A program made the translations under genes and the position numbers. 64,000 nucleotides of DNA from Eledone cirrhosa. Taxonomy: Eukaryota. Positions 14,201 through 28,751 of this stretch are shown here, one piece after another. The notes beneath the pieces are model-generated. The model did not search any database. It saw only the letters and a list, made by a program, of their open reading frames with translations, and was not told the origin of the DNA. The stretch spans positions 138,880,001 to 138,944,000 of the forward strand of contig OZ024740.1 of the NCBI GenBank assembly GCA_964016885.1. Reading direction: 5' to 3'. Position 1 is the first letter of the stretch; each line of letters opens with the position of its first letter.

Positions 14201-14718
14201 CGTAGGACTCGTAAGACCAAGGATTTAGAGCTGGAAAATTCATCTGGTATTTGATTTATAGGTAGGATTTGTATTCAGAGAGATTGGGAGCATTACCACA
14301 TAGCAGATAACCTGACGCGCTACTGAGTTTGCCAAAAATACCAATGAGTGCGTGGATAATAGATACTCATCTAACCCGTAATACACATCTCAATTCATTT
14401 AAAAACGCGATATTTTACAATAATATTGCAAAGAATCGCACGCTCACATACTCATTGAACACTTACAGAATATGGCGGTGAATTTGAGTTAGGATGTCGG
14501 ATAGAATGCTTCGCGGTATTCGTTTCTGATCTCTGGGATCTGAATTCAAATCACACCAAAGTCAATTCTACCTTTCATCCTTTCGAGGAAGGATGGGTTC
14601 CGCCGTACCCAAGACACGATGGTACCCGTACGAATCCATCAGTAGCGGTGATGATGAACCAACAGAATAACACACATGTAAACACAACATCATGCTCACA
14701 CACATTTAATCACACATG

Positions 14719-14750
<32 letters not shown>

Positions 14751-14756
<6 letters not shown>

Positions 14757-15502
14757 TATGAAGAGAGAAGAAACATTTAGATATAATTAGTAATAAAATG
14801 TATCATACCTAAACTGCTCCTAAATTCCTCGACTACGTAGTTGGGTGCGGATGCATTCATGTATATATGTGTGTGTCCGCATGTATCTGTGTGTTTCTAA
14901 ATATATTGTTAATAACTCCCTCTGGTCGAGCAATCTTTGAAGTGTGGGGACAGCTGGAAAGCTGCCATTACTCATACTTCTCGCCTTCTTCACCACCTCT
15001 TCTACGGCCTCGATATAAATACCCCCTCCGCCTCCGTGGTATTTTCTTCGGGGTTATAAGAGGCTTAGCTCTGTTTCTCGACCGTTATATCGCGTGACTA
15101 TCTCCTCCTCCGCCTTTTGGGATTCTTTCTCACGTCGTGTAGACGCGTTCTTGAGACTAGTAAAATGAGGTATCCTCTTGATAAGTCGGCAGACCTCGCA
15201 AGGACTCTATATCTTTATGATATATTGTTTTTGTTTATGCCACGAAACTACGTAGTCGAGGAATTTAGGAGCAGTTTAGGTATGATACATTTTATTACTA
15301 ATTATATCTAAATGTTTCTTCTCTCTTCATAATGTATTTTTAACTCTGATACTGGTTCAGTCTGGTTCAACTGAATTGGTCTGTCCCAGTCATTCATTGA
15401 GCAACATCGGTGAAGTTGGCACCCTTAACTCACAGTTGGGTGCGGATGCATTCATGTATATATGTGTGTGTCCGCATGTATCTGTGTGTTTCTAAATATA
15501 TT
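14751..15502 (+). mobile_element. PLE-terminal-repeat-like element with inverted and direct partial duplications
   Basis: 14751-14842 is the reverse complement of 15246-15337; 14839-14907 is repeated directly at 15435-15502; contains a hammerhead motif; (TA)n on both sides. Confidence 0.7.
15173..15262 (+). ncRNA. minimal hammerhead ribozyme, core decayed
   Basis: Stem I TCCTC/GAGGA; TTGATAA in place of CTGATGA; stem II GT(C)GGCA/TGCCAC; GAAA 15244-15247; palindrome ACTACGTAGT; GUC site at 15257. Confidence 0.65.
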
Positions 15503-15620
15503 ATATATATATATATATATATATAATACACAACCGTTGATGTCTAGGAATGCAATTGAGAATTCGCATGAGTATGTGATTAAATGTGTGTGAGCATGAT
15601 GTTGTGTTTACATGTGTGTT

Positions 15621-15655
<35 letters not shown>

Positions 15656-15735
15656 TTGGCAAAATCACTGATGAGGGACTAATTCTATAATATGTAATCC
15701 ATGTGCAACCATGCAGTATTCTTCTTCCCCTTGTT

Positions 15736-15816
<81 letters not shown>

Positions 15817-16458
15817 GATATCCACTGTAAGTTGTGGGGTCTATATTCTGCATGAAGAACTCAATGTAATCCATATGTTGAAAATGTTGTAGGTTAAGAT
15901 AAATCTCGGAAGGAAAACAGAGTCATGATAAAGTTAAAACAATGAAATAAAAAATCAAGTCATTAGAGATATACTTCACTGCTTTACGATCGTTTCTAGA
16001 TAATACATTGTAGCTATACTTCGTTATTGATCTATGTACGGTTAGTTACAAAATATCAGATAAAGAGAATATTTACTTACATGCATATCACCAGCTGTTT
16101 TCAAAAGCAATGATTGCTTTTGAAATATATATATATATATATATAAGTGCGTGTATGTGTGTTTAAGTATAAAGAAAGTGCTCAAGTGCAGAAATGCTAT
16201 AAAGATAGCTCATAAAATTGGGTGAAGCCTCTTAAAAGACGGAAAAAGAAGTTGCCTTCTGCCGCTATGTGGAACGGGACCCCATATCTTCCAACCGATG
16301 GCAACTTCTTTTGCCGTTTTTTAAGAGTCTTCACCCTATTTTATAAGCTATCTTTGCAGCATTCTGCGCTTGAACACTTTCTTTATACTTATGTATATGT
16401 ATATATTCTCAGCACTTCAATGCGGAAAATTCGGCTTCGTACATGGTTTATATATATT

Positions 16459-16511
<53 letters not shown>

Positions 16512-17230
16512 TGTAAAATGTGTGAAATCCTTGGTATAAATTTAAGAGAGTCGGTTCAGCTATAAGAAACGAATTTGAAAACATCCTGCCATTATATTCA
16601 TCAAAGGTCATTTATTGAAATGGAACCAGCAGGAGGGCATTTTTACAGCCGCTTTCTTAAACACTCTTTAAAAACCCCAACAGCACTCCCAACCCATTAT
16701 CTTGCTGTCACCATTCACCATTTTCTGTGTATATATGCATGTGTGTGTGTATGCTTTAATTCCTTTAAATCTTCACCAACACTCCTTCACTCCCACACTC
16801 ATTAACACCCCGCAGACACATCCAAATCTCTCTTATATATAGTCACACATCACAACACAGCCTGATCTCAGTTTGACAATCGTCACCGACTTTCTACAGG
16901 AAAGTTAACCAGGAATCTTTAAAAATCTTCCCACCAAAGTTAACAAAGAACTTACATAATCTATATATCTAAAACAGAGAATGTCTGTCTGTCTGTCTGA
17001 CTCCCTAAAACTTGAGAACCACCCAACCTATTTTTTTCAAACTTTACACATGTAATACTTATGGTCGTGTGAGTGTTTTGAACAAAAATATTTCAAATTT
17101 GTTATGCCCTAGGAACCGCATCAGGCGCCGGAACCTCGCGCCCTTTAATATCTGGCTGTATGTCTGTCTGTCTGCATTACGACATTATGACTTCGCTATC
17201 TGTGTGTGTGTGTATATGTATATATATATA

Positions 17231-17269
<39 letters not shown>

Positions 17270-17473
17270 CTTCTCATTGCTGACGTATTATGTTCGGTAT
17301 TTTCCGTTCATTGCCAGGGAACGTCTTCACGACCTAAAGTAACGTCTTCCTGTTTTCCTTCGGTTGCAACGTTTTTCGAAATATTTACTTCTGCGTTCAC
17401 AGATTGATTTTTTTAGTTTCAGAAGATCCCGTTAAGGGTGAAAGCAGCTATTCTTTGCTTAAACTTTAATCTG

Positions 17474-17531
<58 letters not shown>

Positions 17532-17576
17532 CGTAAAATAAGAAAATTATAAAATTATCTTACTTACTAAAATTTC

Positions 17577-17659
17577 ACTCCCAACTAATTAGTTTCTCAA
17601 AGGGAATAAACATACTTTCCGAAGAAGCGTACGGAGAAGCCTTTCGTCATCAGGGAAGT
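17577..17659 (-). ncRNA. minimal hammerhead ribozyme, mirror copy in the left arm
   Basis: Reverse complement reads ACTTCC CTGATGA cgAAAGG...CCTTTga GAAA CTAATTAG TT GGGAGT. Confidence 0.6.
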
Positions 17660-18035
17660 CTATTCTCAGCTAAGTTTCCAGGCAATACGTGGACACAGGG
17701 AACTTATACAAAAATAATTCAGTGGATGGAAAAAAGCAAAGCGTGGACTAAATTCCAAGCCATTGAGAAAATCACTGCCTACTGCGTCGGTGGTAAATTC
17801 AAAAGAATCAATCACGTGACATCGAGGTCAATCAGTGGAGAGTGGTTTGTTAAGAAGACAGCAGCCGGACTGTTACTATAGCAGCAGTTTTGGCCAATTT
17901 TTGCTCGACGCAGTAGGCAGTGATTTTCTCAATGGCTTGGAATTTAGTCCACGCTTTGCTTTTTTCCATCCACTGAATTATTTTTGTATAAGTTCCCTGT
18001 GTCCACGTATTGCCTGGAAACTTAGCTGAGAATAG

Positions 18036-18118
18036 ACTTCCCTGATGAGAAAAGGCTTCTCCGTACGCTTCTTCGGAAAGTATGTTTATTCCCTTTCAGA
18101 AACTAATTAGTTGGGAGT
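18036..18118 (+). ncRNA. minimal hammerhead ribozyme
   Basis: Stem I ACTTCC/GGGAGT; CTGATGA 18042-18048; stem II AAAGG/CCTTT with a mismatched base; GAAA 18099-18102; palindrome ACTAATTAGT; GUU site at 18112. Confidence 0.65.
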
Positions 18119-18343
18119 GAAATTTTAGTAAGTAAGTTAATTTTATAATTTTCTTATTTTACGTCTCTCATATTATTGTTCTGCAACCCCATGCATTGAA
18201 CCACAAAGTTACTAAGACAAAACCTATATATTTGCTAGCATAAGTATGCATCTGTGTATATATATGTTACTAGATATACTAATTCTTTATATATATATAT
18301 ATACGATATTAGCAAATGGAAACTATATTTATAAAACCATATT

Positions 18344-18409
18344 TATTTCATTATACATATTTCAAGGGCCACCAGAGCAAACTATGGTGCGCTTTCATCA
18401 GATAAAATA
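18344..18409 (-). ncRNA. minimal hammerhead ribozyme, intact core
   Basis: Minus strand reads TATTTTAT CTGATGA AAGCGCACCA..TGGTGGCCCTT GAAA TATGTA TA ATGAAATA: 8-bp stem I and near-palindromic stem III. Confidence 0.75.
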
Positions 18410-19201
18410 TAATATAGGTTAGCTTTATAAATAAATATTGACATACCCTATATATATATATTCGTGTACAGATATTTTTGCATACACAAAAACAAAACAT
18501 AAACAAACGTATTTATTTCACGAAAGCACAAAATGTAGACACCATCCTGAGGCCGAGATATTCCGTACTTCTCTGTACTGTTTCGCCCTTATAATTGTTT
18601 CTACTTTAGGCACAAGACAAGCAATTATCCAGTGCATTACTGGTACTTTATTTTATCGACCCCACCCTTATAATATCTGTCTGTATGTCTAGCTGTCTGC
18701 ATTACGACATTATGACACTATCTGTGTGTGTGTATTTATATATATATAGTGTGTGTGTATATATATATATAGTGTGTAACGCTTTTCGAAATATTTACTT
18801 ATGAGTTCACAGATTGATTTTTAGTTTCAGAAGATCCCGTTAAGGGTGAAAGCAGCGATTCTTTGCTTAAATTTTAATCTGTTATTTTAATGTATATATA
18901 TATATATAATTATATATTCGTGTACAGATATTTTTGCATACACAATAACAAAATATAAACAAACGTATTCATTTCACGAGGCTCGACAGCAGCAAAAACA
19001 ACAACACGAAAGAGAGGGAACGCAATTACATGCTTTTGAAAAATCTTAATGGAAAATTATTTGCATATTCACCCAAGGCGACTTCACTTATTAGGACTTC
19101 TGCATCAATTAGTGAACATATGACGAAACTGTTTCAGAAAGGAGGGATAAACATGCCAATCTATGTTTAGAATCCCGAGCAACGCCGGGCCATTCTGCTA
19201 G

Positions 19202-19952
19202 TCTATATATCTAAAACAGAGAATGTCTGTCTGTCTGACTCCCTAAAACTCGAGAACCACCCAACCGATTTTTTTTCAAACTTTATACATGTAATACTTA
19301 TGGTCGTGTGAGTGTTTTGAGCAAAAAGTATTTCAAATTTTCAATGCCCCAGGGACCGCATTAGGCGATTTAGCGATCTCTCTCTATAATTCTTAGTCTA
19401 CCTTTTTAGATAGATACATAGTTATAACGTTGCGCCCTTATAATATCTGTCTGTATGTCTAACTGTCTGCATTACAACATTATGACACTATCTGTGTGTG
19501 TGTATATATATATATAGTGTGTAACGTTTTTCGAAATATTTACTTCGGCGTTCACCGATTGATTTTTTTAGTTTCAGAAAATCCCGTTAAGGGTGAAAGC
19601 AACGATTGTTCGCTTAAACTTTAATCTGTTATTTTAATATATATATATATCATTATATATTCGTGTACAGATATTTTTGCATACATAATAACAAAATATA
19701 AACAACTCGTATTTATTTCACGAGGCTCGACAGCAGCAAAATAAAAAAAAAAAAAAAAAAAGAGGAAACGCAATTACATGCTTTTGAAAAATCTTAATGG
19801 AAAATTATTTACCTATTCACCCAAGGCGACTTCACTTTTTATTAGGACTTCTGCATCAATTGGTGAACATACGACGAAACTGTTTCAGAAAGGAGGGATA
19901 AATATACCAATCTATGTTTAGAATCCCGAGCAACGCCGGGCCATTCTACTAG
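19202..19952 (+). mobile_element. non-autonomous Helitron, head-to-tail tandem copy
   Basis: Junction CTAG|TCTATATATCTAAAAC at 19201/19202; same 3' hairpin; CTAG|T at 19952. Confidence 0.88.
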
Positions 19953-20026
19953 TAATGTTATAAAATTAAATCAAATTGTTTAGAACTACAAATGAAGTCA
20001 TTCTTTTTCTTTTTTAATATATATAT

Positions 20027-21920
<1,894 letters not shown>

Positions 21921-21975
21921 AATAGGATTTCGCTTCAAGCATAGCTTTATACAATATTTCCTTGGAGATACGAAA

Positions 21976-22030
<55 letters not shown>

Positions 22031-22039
22031 ATAATAAAT

Positions 22040-22835
22040 TTGAAGACTAAAATCCAAAGATGGCTCGATATCCAACGCGGGCGGTGGTTTGTACCGTGAC
22101 GATGGTCTTTTGACCATGACTAAGTGCGGACCTCGTGCTTGCGACAGGTTCAGAAAAGAACTCACAGCCTTCTTTAAAGGCTTCAACCTCTCTATACAGG
22201 TTGAAGCCAATCTCTCGGTCGTTAATTACCTCGACGTTACCCTCAACTTATTGAATGGGTTGTATTACCCGTATAGTATGGTAAGTTTTTGCGTATGCTT
22301 GTGTATGTACGTATTTGTTTGCGTGTTTGTATTTATTTATTTCTATTACTTCTGTATTGCATTTATTTACTTTGTTCTTAACTCTGTAGCGGAGATTCAT
22401 TTGGTCTCCTAGTTAGAATTTTAGTCTACGACTTCTGCTATACCATTTACGTGGTTTTGTCTTTGCGTGCTATTGTTCTCCACGCTCCACATATGACGTA
22501 GTATCTTCGTTTTTTCGTTCATTGCCAGAGAACGTCTCTATGCACCACCCAAGAGAACATTAGTCTACGACCTCTTTTATACCATAAACGTTGTTCTGTC
22601 TTTGCGCGTAATTGCTTTTCACCGCTCCTATTAATGACGTATTATATTCGTTTTTTCCCGTTCTTAGCCAGCGAACCTTTCCACGAACCAAAGTATCGTC
22701 TTCCTGTCTTCCTCCGGTTGCAACGTTTTTTGAAATATCCAGTTCTGCGTTTACAGATTGACTTTGTTAGTTTCAGAAGATCCCGTTAAGGGTGAAAGCA
22801 GCGATTCTTTGCTTAAACTTTAATCTGTTATTTTA
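22040..22835 (+). mobile_element. Penelope-like remnant (GLYRDDG RT fragment plus terminal repeat)
   Basis: GLYRDDGL...FKGFNLSIQVEANLSVVNYLDVTLNL..G.YYPY; 3' part ends in the CAGAAGATCCCGTTAAGGGTGAAAGC repeat and (TA)n. Confidence 0.75.
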
Positions 22836-22836
22836 G

Positions 22837-22883
<47 letters not shown>

Positions 22884-23002
22884 GGTGTATATGAAAGCAT
22901 ATGCTATATGTTTATATGCAATATATGCTATCAAAGGAAGATATGTTTTCGTTCTCTTTTACTCAGTGAGCATGTTACAGATATCTCAGTAGAAGTCGGT
23001 AT

Positions 23003-23047
23003 TGCCAGACAGATATTTCAAGATTCGTTAATCTTTCATCAGTGACA
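23003..23047 (-). ncRNA. minimal hammerhead ribozyme, canonical core
   Basis: Minus strand reads TGTCA CTGATGA AAGATT aacg AATCTT GAAA TATCTG TC TGGCA: perfect 6-bp stem II, 5-bp stem I, GUC site at 23008. Confidence 0.85.
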
Positions 23048-23704
23048 TTCACTCAACCGTTACTGAGATGAAAATAGACTAAAGCCTATTTAGAATGTGT
23101 GTGATAAACATTTTCTGGTGATGCTCATTTACATATAACAAATAGAAAACATCGGCTCAAATGATCCTTTGCATATAGTGCGAACTTGGCTGGTTATAAT
23201 TAATTGGCAGTAGCACTAATATAGCACTAAACACAATACGGGTGTATATGAAAGTATATACGTGTATTATATATAAATCCACCGCAATAACAACGCAAAC
23301 TTACAAGAGTGAAGATGCATATACACACATTTACACACATTTACACATACACACACTCACACACACACGCACACACTTGCACATACACATTGATCCTCAC
23401 AAATACATATATACGACTGCTTAATACATAGAAGTAGAAGTACATATATGTAAAGTGAGCCTCTATGTGACTGCTTGATTTACTAGATATAGCAGCCGAA
23501 TCTCCCTTAAAATACACACAAAAAAAAGAAAACTAAACTATATCTGAAATAAAGTTGGGATGGCCATGACTGGAATATTTTTCATCGTAGATTTTCTCAA
23601 TCTAGTCTTATCCGGGGTTATCATCATTAATGTCTCTTCGCGTCTTTGATTCCATTGTATTTACCTGTTCTAAGGTATCTCTGTATATGCCAAATTTTGA
23701 CCGT

Positions 23705-23942
23705 AACCACCCTTCGTTCTACGATACTAAGCTGGAAATTTTTAAGTGTTTATATTTATCTCAAAACCTTCTTCCATAATTTTATGTAAGAAACTTTGTT
23801 AAAGTTGTCTTTGACACCAATTAAGTATTGAGAGTTATTTATATGAATAAACAACTCCCTCAAAAATACTTCATCGTTTTGAAAATTATTTGAAAATCAT
23901 GGATAGTGTCTTTCATTAGAAATATGGTAACGAGAGGGTTAA
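23705..23942. mobile_element. possible piggyBac-type MITE
   Basis: Right end GGTAACGAGAGGG followed by TTAA; left end CCCTTCGTT is degenerate. Confidence 0.35.
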
Positions 23943-24529
23943 ATAATACTATCAACAGGAAAATGTGATTAAAGGCGCGATGTCAACCTGTTATTTTTTC
24001 AGTCAATATACCCTTCTGTCAGTTTTCTCATTGCAATTACTTTCAAAGTCGTCGTGTCTAGCATGACATTTTCTCTCCCAGAGTTACTAATCAGATGTAT
24101 CAACTGCTTTAGTTGATCTTTGTAATGTCACCCCAGAGCTCCTATTGCATATATTCCATTTGGCAATTCTCTGTGCATAAATATTTCTGTTAGTCGATAA
24201 TCCGTCATTCATTGAACGTGGCCAATCCACCGTAGCTGATGATGTAGCATCTCATTGCAAACACACAACTGCACAATTCACACACGCACATATACGTACA
24301 GGGAATAGAATAGTAACCAAATCACCGTCAAATCACGCCCTACTAACTTGAAAAAGAAAAGTAAACAATATCTGCAATAAAAATGATATAATCATGGCTG
24401 AAATGTTTTTCATCATAACTCTACTCAATCTGTCTCTATAGAACAATTCATATTTGTGCATACGCATTCACAGATAGACATGCATAAGCACACACGAACT
24501 AGTATTATTCCTACTAGTATGGTGGTGTA

Positions 24530-26339
24530 TGGTGGTTCACATTAAATCGGCCCTCCGCCATACCCACATGGGATTTGACCTCCTGTTGTTGATTTGGTCG
24601 GTTGGAAGTGACCACAGCTTCATAAACTACAGCGGGTGTGTTGCATTGCTGTTGAAGGGGACAAGCTTCGGGCTTACGGCAAGAGCACTCTGCTGGTGGG
24701 TTGCTGCTCTTAGGGCTGTTGGTGATGTGGGCCTTCATGTTCTTAGCGCAGGAGTATCCTAGTTTTACTTTGTGTCGGTTAAAGATGGAGCGGTATTTAT
24801 GACCTATGGGAATGTGTCTATCTAAGAGGGCTAGAATTTGTTTGCCTACATTGGTTTTAACGTTGAGTGAGAAGGGAGGAGAGAACCAGATAGTTTGTCT
24901 AATGTTACGCTTTCTTTTCTTATTGCTGTTGTTGTTAGTGAGAGAGTAAGTGATAGGTTGCGAGAAGCCGCTGTTAGCTAACGCCGTGTTATAGCAGGGT
25001 GCCGCCCTGCCAAAGATAGCCTTATTAGAGGAGAGGTTTGAGATTCTAGTACTGATATTATTTACGTTTCTAAAAACAGTGGGAGGGTGGCATGAGAATC
25101 CTTGTGAATGTAATTGAGTTTTTCGTTAAGCTTATGGAAGGGTCTGTAGGTGTGTGTGCGAAGGCCTAACTTAATGTCTAAGAAATCTACGCTAGAGAGG
25201 TTGGTGGCTACTGTTATCCTAAGGCCTAACTCATTGAAGGTAGAAGCTAAGTCTTTTTTAAACAGGTCGAGGTCGTGACCACTTTTATGGCTCGATAAGG
25301 TCAGTCCATCGTCGCGGTATATTCCCGTGTGGAAGTCCGGGAATCTAACACGTAATATGTCTAAAATAAATAGGGCAACCAAGTCGCATACGTCAGCACT
25401 GTCAAACGATCCCATGGAGACGTTGAATAGGTCTGAAGTTGTTCAATTCTTTGCCCAGGCTACTCCGTTGTTGAAGAGGAGGGTTTTCCGGCAGTGAGCG
25501 ATGATTCCCCTGTCTAAACCATGGACGGTAGTGTAAGTGGTAGCAAAGTCCAACGCTTTGTTTAACTGGGTCTCTGAGATCTCAGAGACCCTGTTAAACA
25601 AAGCGTTGGACCAGTTTAAAAAAGACTTAGCTTCTACCTTCAATGAGTTAGGACGTAGTTTATGAAGCTGTGGTCACTTCCAACCGACCAAATCAACAAC
25701 AGGAGGTCAAATCCTATGTGGGTATGGTGGAGGGCCGATTTAAGGAACGCTTCCTGAACCACCAGTCGACCTTTATGTACCCGGACAGACGTTGATCCAT
25801 GAAACTCGCGAGCCACGTATGGTCCCTCAAGGACTCAAGTATAGACTACTTCATTCAATGGAAAGCCATCACTAAGTCCAAGCCATACGCAAGGGGCAAT
25901 CCGTCGTGTGGACTATGTATTGATGAACGAATAAATATTCTAAAGAGATTCTAATAATGATTGCCTAAACACGAGAAATGAATTCTTCACACGTTGTCCA
26001 CACGTCTGGAAACACCTCTTACATAACTACAAAGCTCCGGATTGTATTACATCAACATCCCAATTTTCTTATCAACTAGAAACTTTTCGGACTTTCGCAG
26101 TTATCTCCCTTACACCTCTCGCACGCAATTTAGTATTGCCTGTGTAAAGTGATCGTTTCTGCGCATGCGCGTTCGTACGGTTGTCCTTCCTGTTCAGTAT
26201 AACCATGTTCATTAAGAGTTGAGGATCCGTAAGGTGAAACAATTGTTCTCTGTATGATGAACTAACTGTTGTGTAACCACTTCTACCTAACTCGTCCCAT
26301 GGACTGAGTGCTCTACCACTACCTTCCAGTGTTCTACCA

Positions 26340-26340
<1 letters not shown>
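24530..26340. mobile_element. rearranged Penelope-like element: minus-strand RT/EN (24530-25579), fold-back, then plus-strand GIY-YIG and terminal repeat
   Basis: Minus strand encodes MGSFDSADVCDLV..GIYRDDG..VDFLDI and CSCRKPEACPL..VVYEAVV..HVG. 25655-25743 is the reverse complement of 24542-24630 and continues to the EN end and terminal repeat. Confidence 0.88.
26215..26251 (+). ncRNA. minimal hammerhead in PLE terminal repeat (C3 changed to U)
   Basis: AGAG TTGAGGA tCC gtaa GGt GAAA CAATTG TT CTCT; palindrome ACAATTGT. Confidence 0.7.
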
Positions 26341-26403
<63 letters not shown>

Positions 26404-27008
26404 CTCCTAGCCTTTATAATTAGTAAATTAATTGATTGTTTAGTAGTTTATTTGAAAACCTAGTCGAGACTGTGAATAAATTCTTTGTTCACACTTTTGA
26501 ATGTACCCGCTACAACCGAGGAAGTGACCTTTCTCTTTTTGAGAAAGAACACGTGACCACACTGCAATATTTACTACTACAGTAGAATGGCTATGTTGTC
26601 TCAGACCTGAGGAAAGCGGATACTTGGAAGGAAAAACCTGTTGACGAAGGGAAATCCTCGTTCCATTTTAGGATACATTACCGACTTGCATGTACGTTAC
26701 GCAACTTGGTGTGTAACTTACGTGTTCCCAGAAACCTATCGAAGATATCTTTCGATTGATATCTATCGATCAGGTCCATGTTCGTCTTTAACTTGTCTCT
26801 ATTTTTCGTTGTTGTAGTATTAATGTGACAACATCCCTCTGGACGCATTATTCCTTGTGACACTATTACCTAACTTATTGTGTTTATTCTGAGGAGATAT
26901 TTCTTAATTACTTTATCATTGAATGCTTTGTGACAGTCTTCAAAATTCAATCGGATGCGAATCTGCTACTTGCAGGTGCAACTTCGATTATACTCATTAG
27001 TATTATAC

Positions 27009-27387
<379 letters not shown>

Positions 27388-27393
27388 ATATAT

Positions 27394-27600
27394 ATATTTA
27401 TTAAAATAACAGATTAAAGTTTAAGCAAAGAATCGCTGCTTTCACCCTTAAGAGGAGTTTCGGAAGATTCCGTTAAGGGTGAAAGCAGCGATTCTTTGCT
27501 TAAACTTTAATCTGTTATTTTAATAAATATTTGCTTTACGGTTCTTATATATTTGATATATATTTATCCTTATCGAGCCCTCTTTGGATTTTAGTCTTCA
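27394..27600 (+). mobile_element. fold-back PLE terminal-repeat fragment (CAGAAGA family)
   Basis: 58-bp arms 27394-27451/27473-27530. Confidence 0.75.
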
Positions 27601-27616
27601 AATTTATTATTATTAC

Positions 27617-27649
<33 letters not shown>

Positions 27650-28095
27650 ATATATATATACTATAAACTCAGATGTGTTGGGGTCGAGGTTATATTTTTA
27701 TGTTAGTATGTGTTTATATGTTCTGTTCTGGGACCGAAACTATTTAAGGGTGAGAGGAAAGCAATAATTATTGCTAGATTATAATCTAAGGAGCGGCATC
27801 AGAAATTAACTGAGAAACGTAACTAAAGAGAGAGGTGAAATAACAAAAATTGATACGCTACTCAGTAAACACAATGAGCAGACGACCGACGCTTTGTATA
27901 ATGTTATCAAATCAAAGGAATAAACATATCACACAACCAACAGGTGAGAAATACTATATTAATTTATTTGTCTATTACTCATATTTTATAAAATGGTATT
28001 GTGGGAATTAAAGGTTGATGCTCGTTATATACAACATATTAAATTATGGTAATGTTTTGAGTTATTGCTAACAGAAGTGCGTAGAGACTTTGTAA

Positions 28096-28261
<166 letters not shown>

Positions 28262-28751
28262 TATATATATGTATATATATATATATGTATACGTATATAT
28301 ATATATATATATATATGAGTGTATATATATATATGGGTGTATGTGTGTGTATGTGTGCCTGTGTGTAATAAACTTAGGAAAATTAACAGACAGAAGACAG
28401 CGAACGAAAACAAGGATTTGTAAATTAGAATTTAACTTCGAACATAGCTGTATAAAGATATGTATTTGAATTTCGTATTTCTAAAGAAATACGGTATGTT
28501 TATAAATAAATATTTAGAAAGCCGTAGCTATGTAAAAACACTGGCAGCTAACGCCACCCAGCGGTGTCCAGCAGAAACAAGGCGGACAATCGTCGATGTA
28601 TTTTGAACTCGACTGGGTCTCGTCAGGACGGTCTCGCCCGCTCTTGCAACTGCTGGACTCTGAAAACAAGCGAAAATATAGTTTTTTCGTCTGTGTAAAT
28701 GAGGTGATTAATCTCATTTGCATATATATGTATATATATATATATATATAT

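Larger units (their letters stand above)
17522..18173. repeat. long inverted repeat, 268-bp arms and 116-bp spacer
   Basis: 17522-17789 is the reverse complement of 17906-18173 with only a few mismatches. Confidence 0.95.
16960..19201 (+). mobile_element. non-autonomous Helitron, composite (probably two partial units plus insertions)
   Basis: Starts A|TC at 16960; ends with hairpin CCCGAGCAACGCCGGG (19174-19189) and CTAG at 19198-19201; internal restart near 18665. Confidence 0.8.

Noticed and set aside
28606-28630. Minus-strand CTGACGA GAC cca GTC GAG
   Set aside because: No GAAA, stem III or stem I; at most a fragment.
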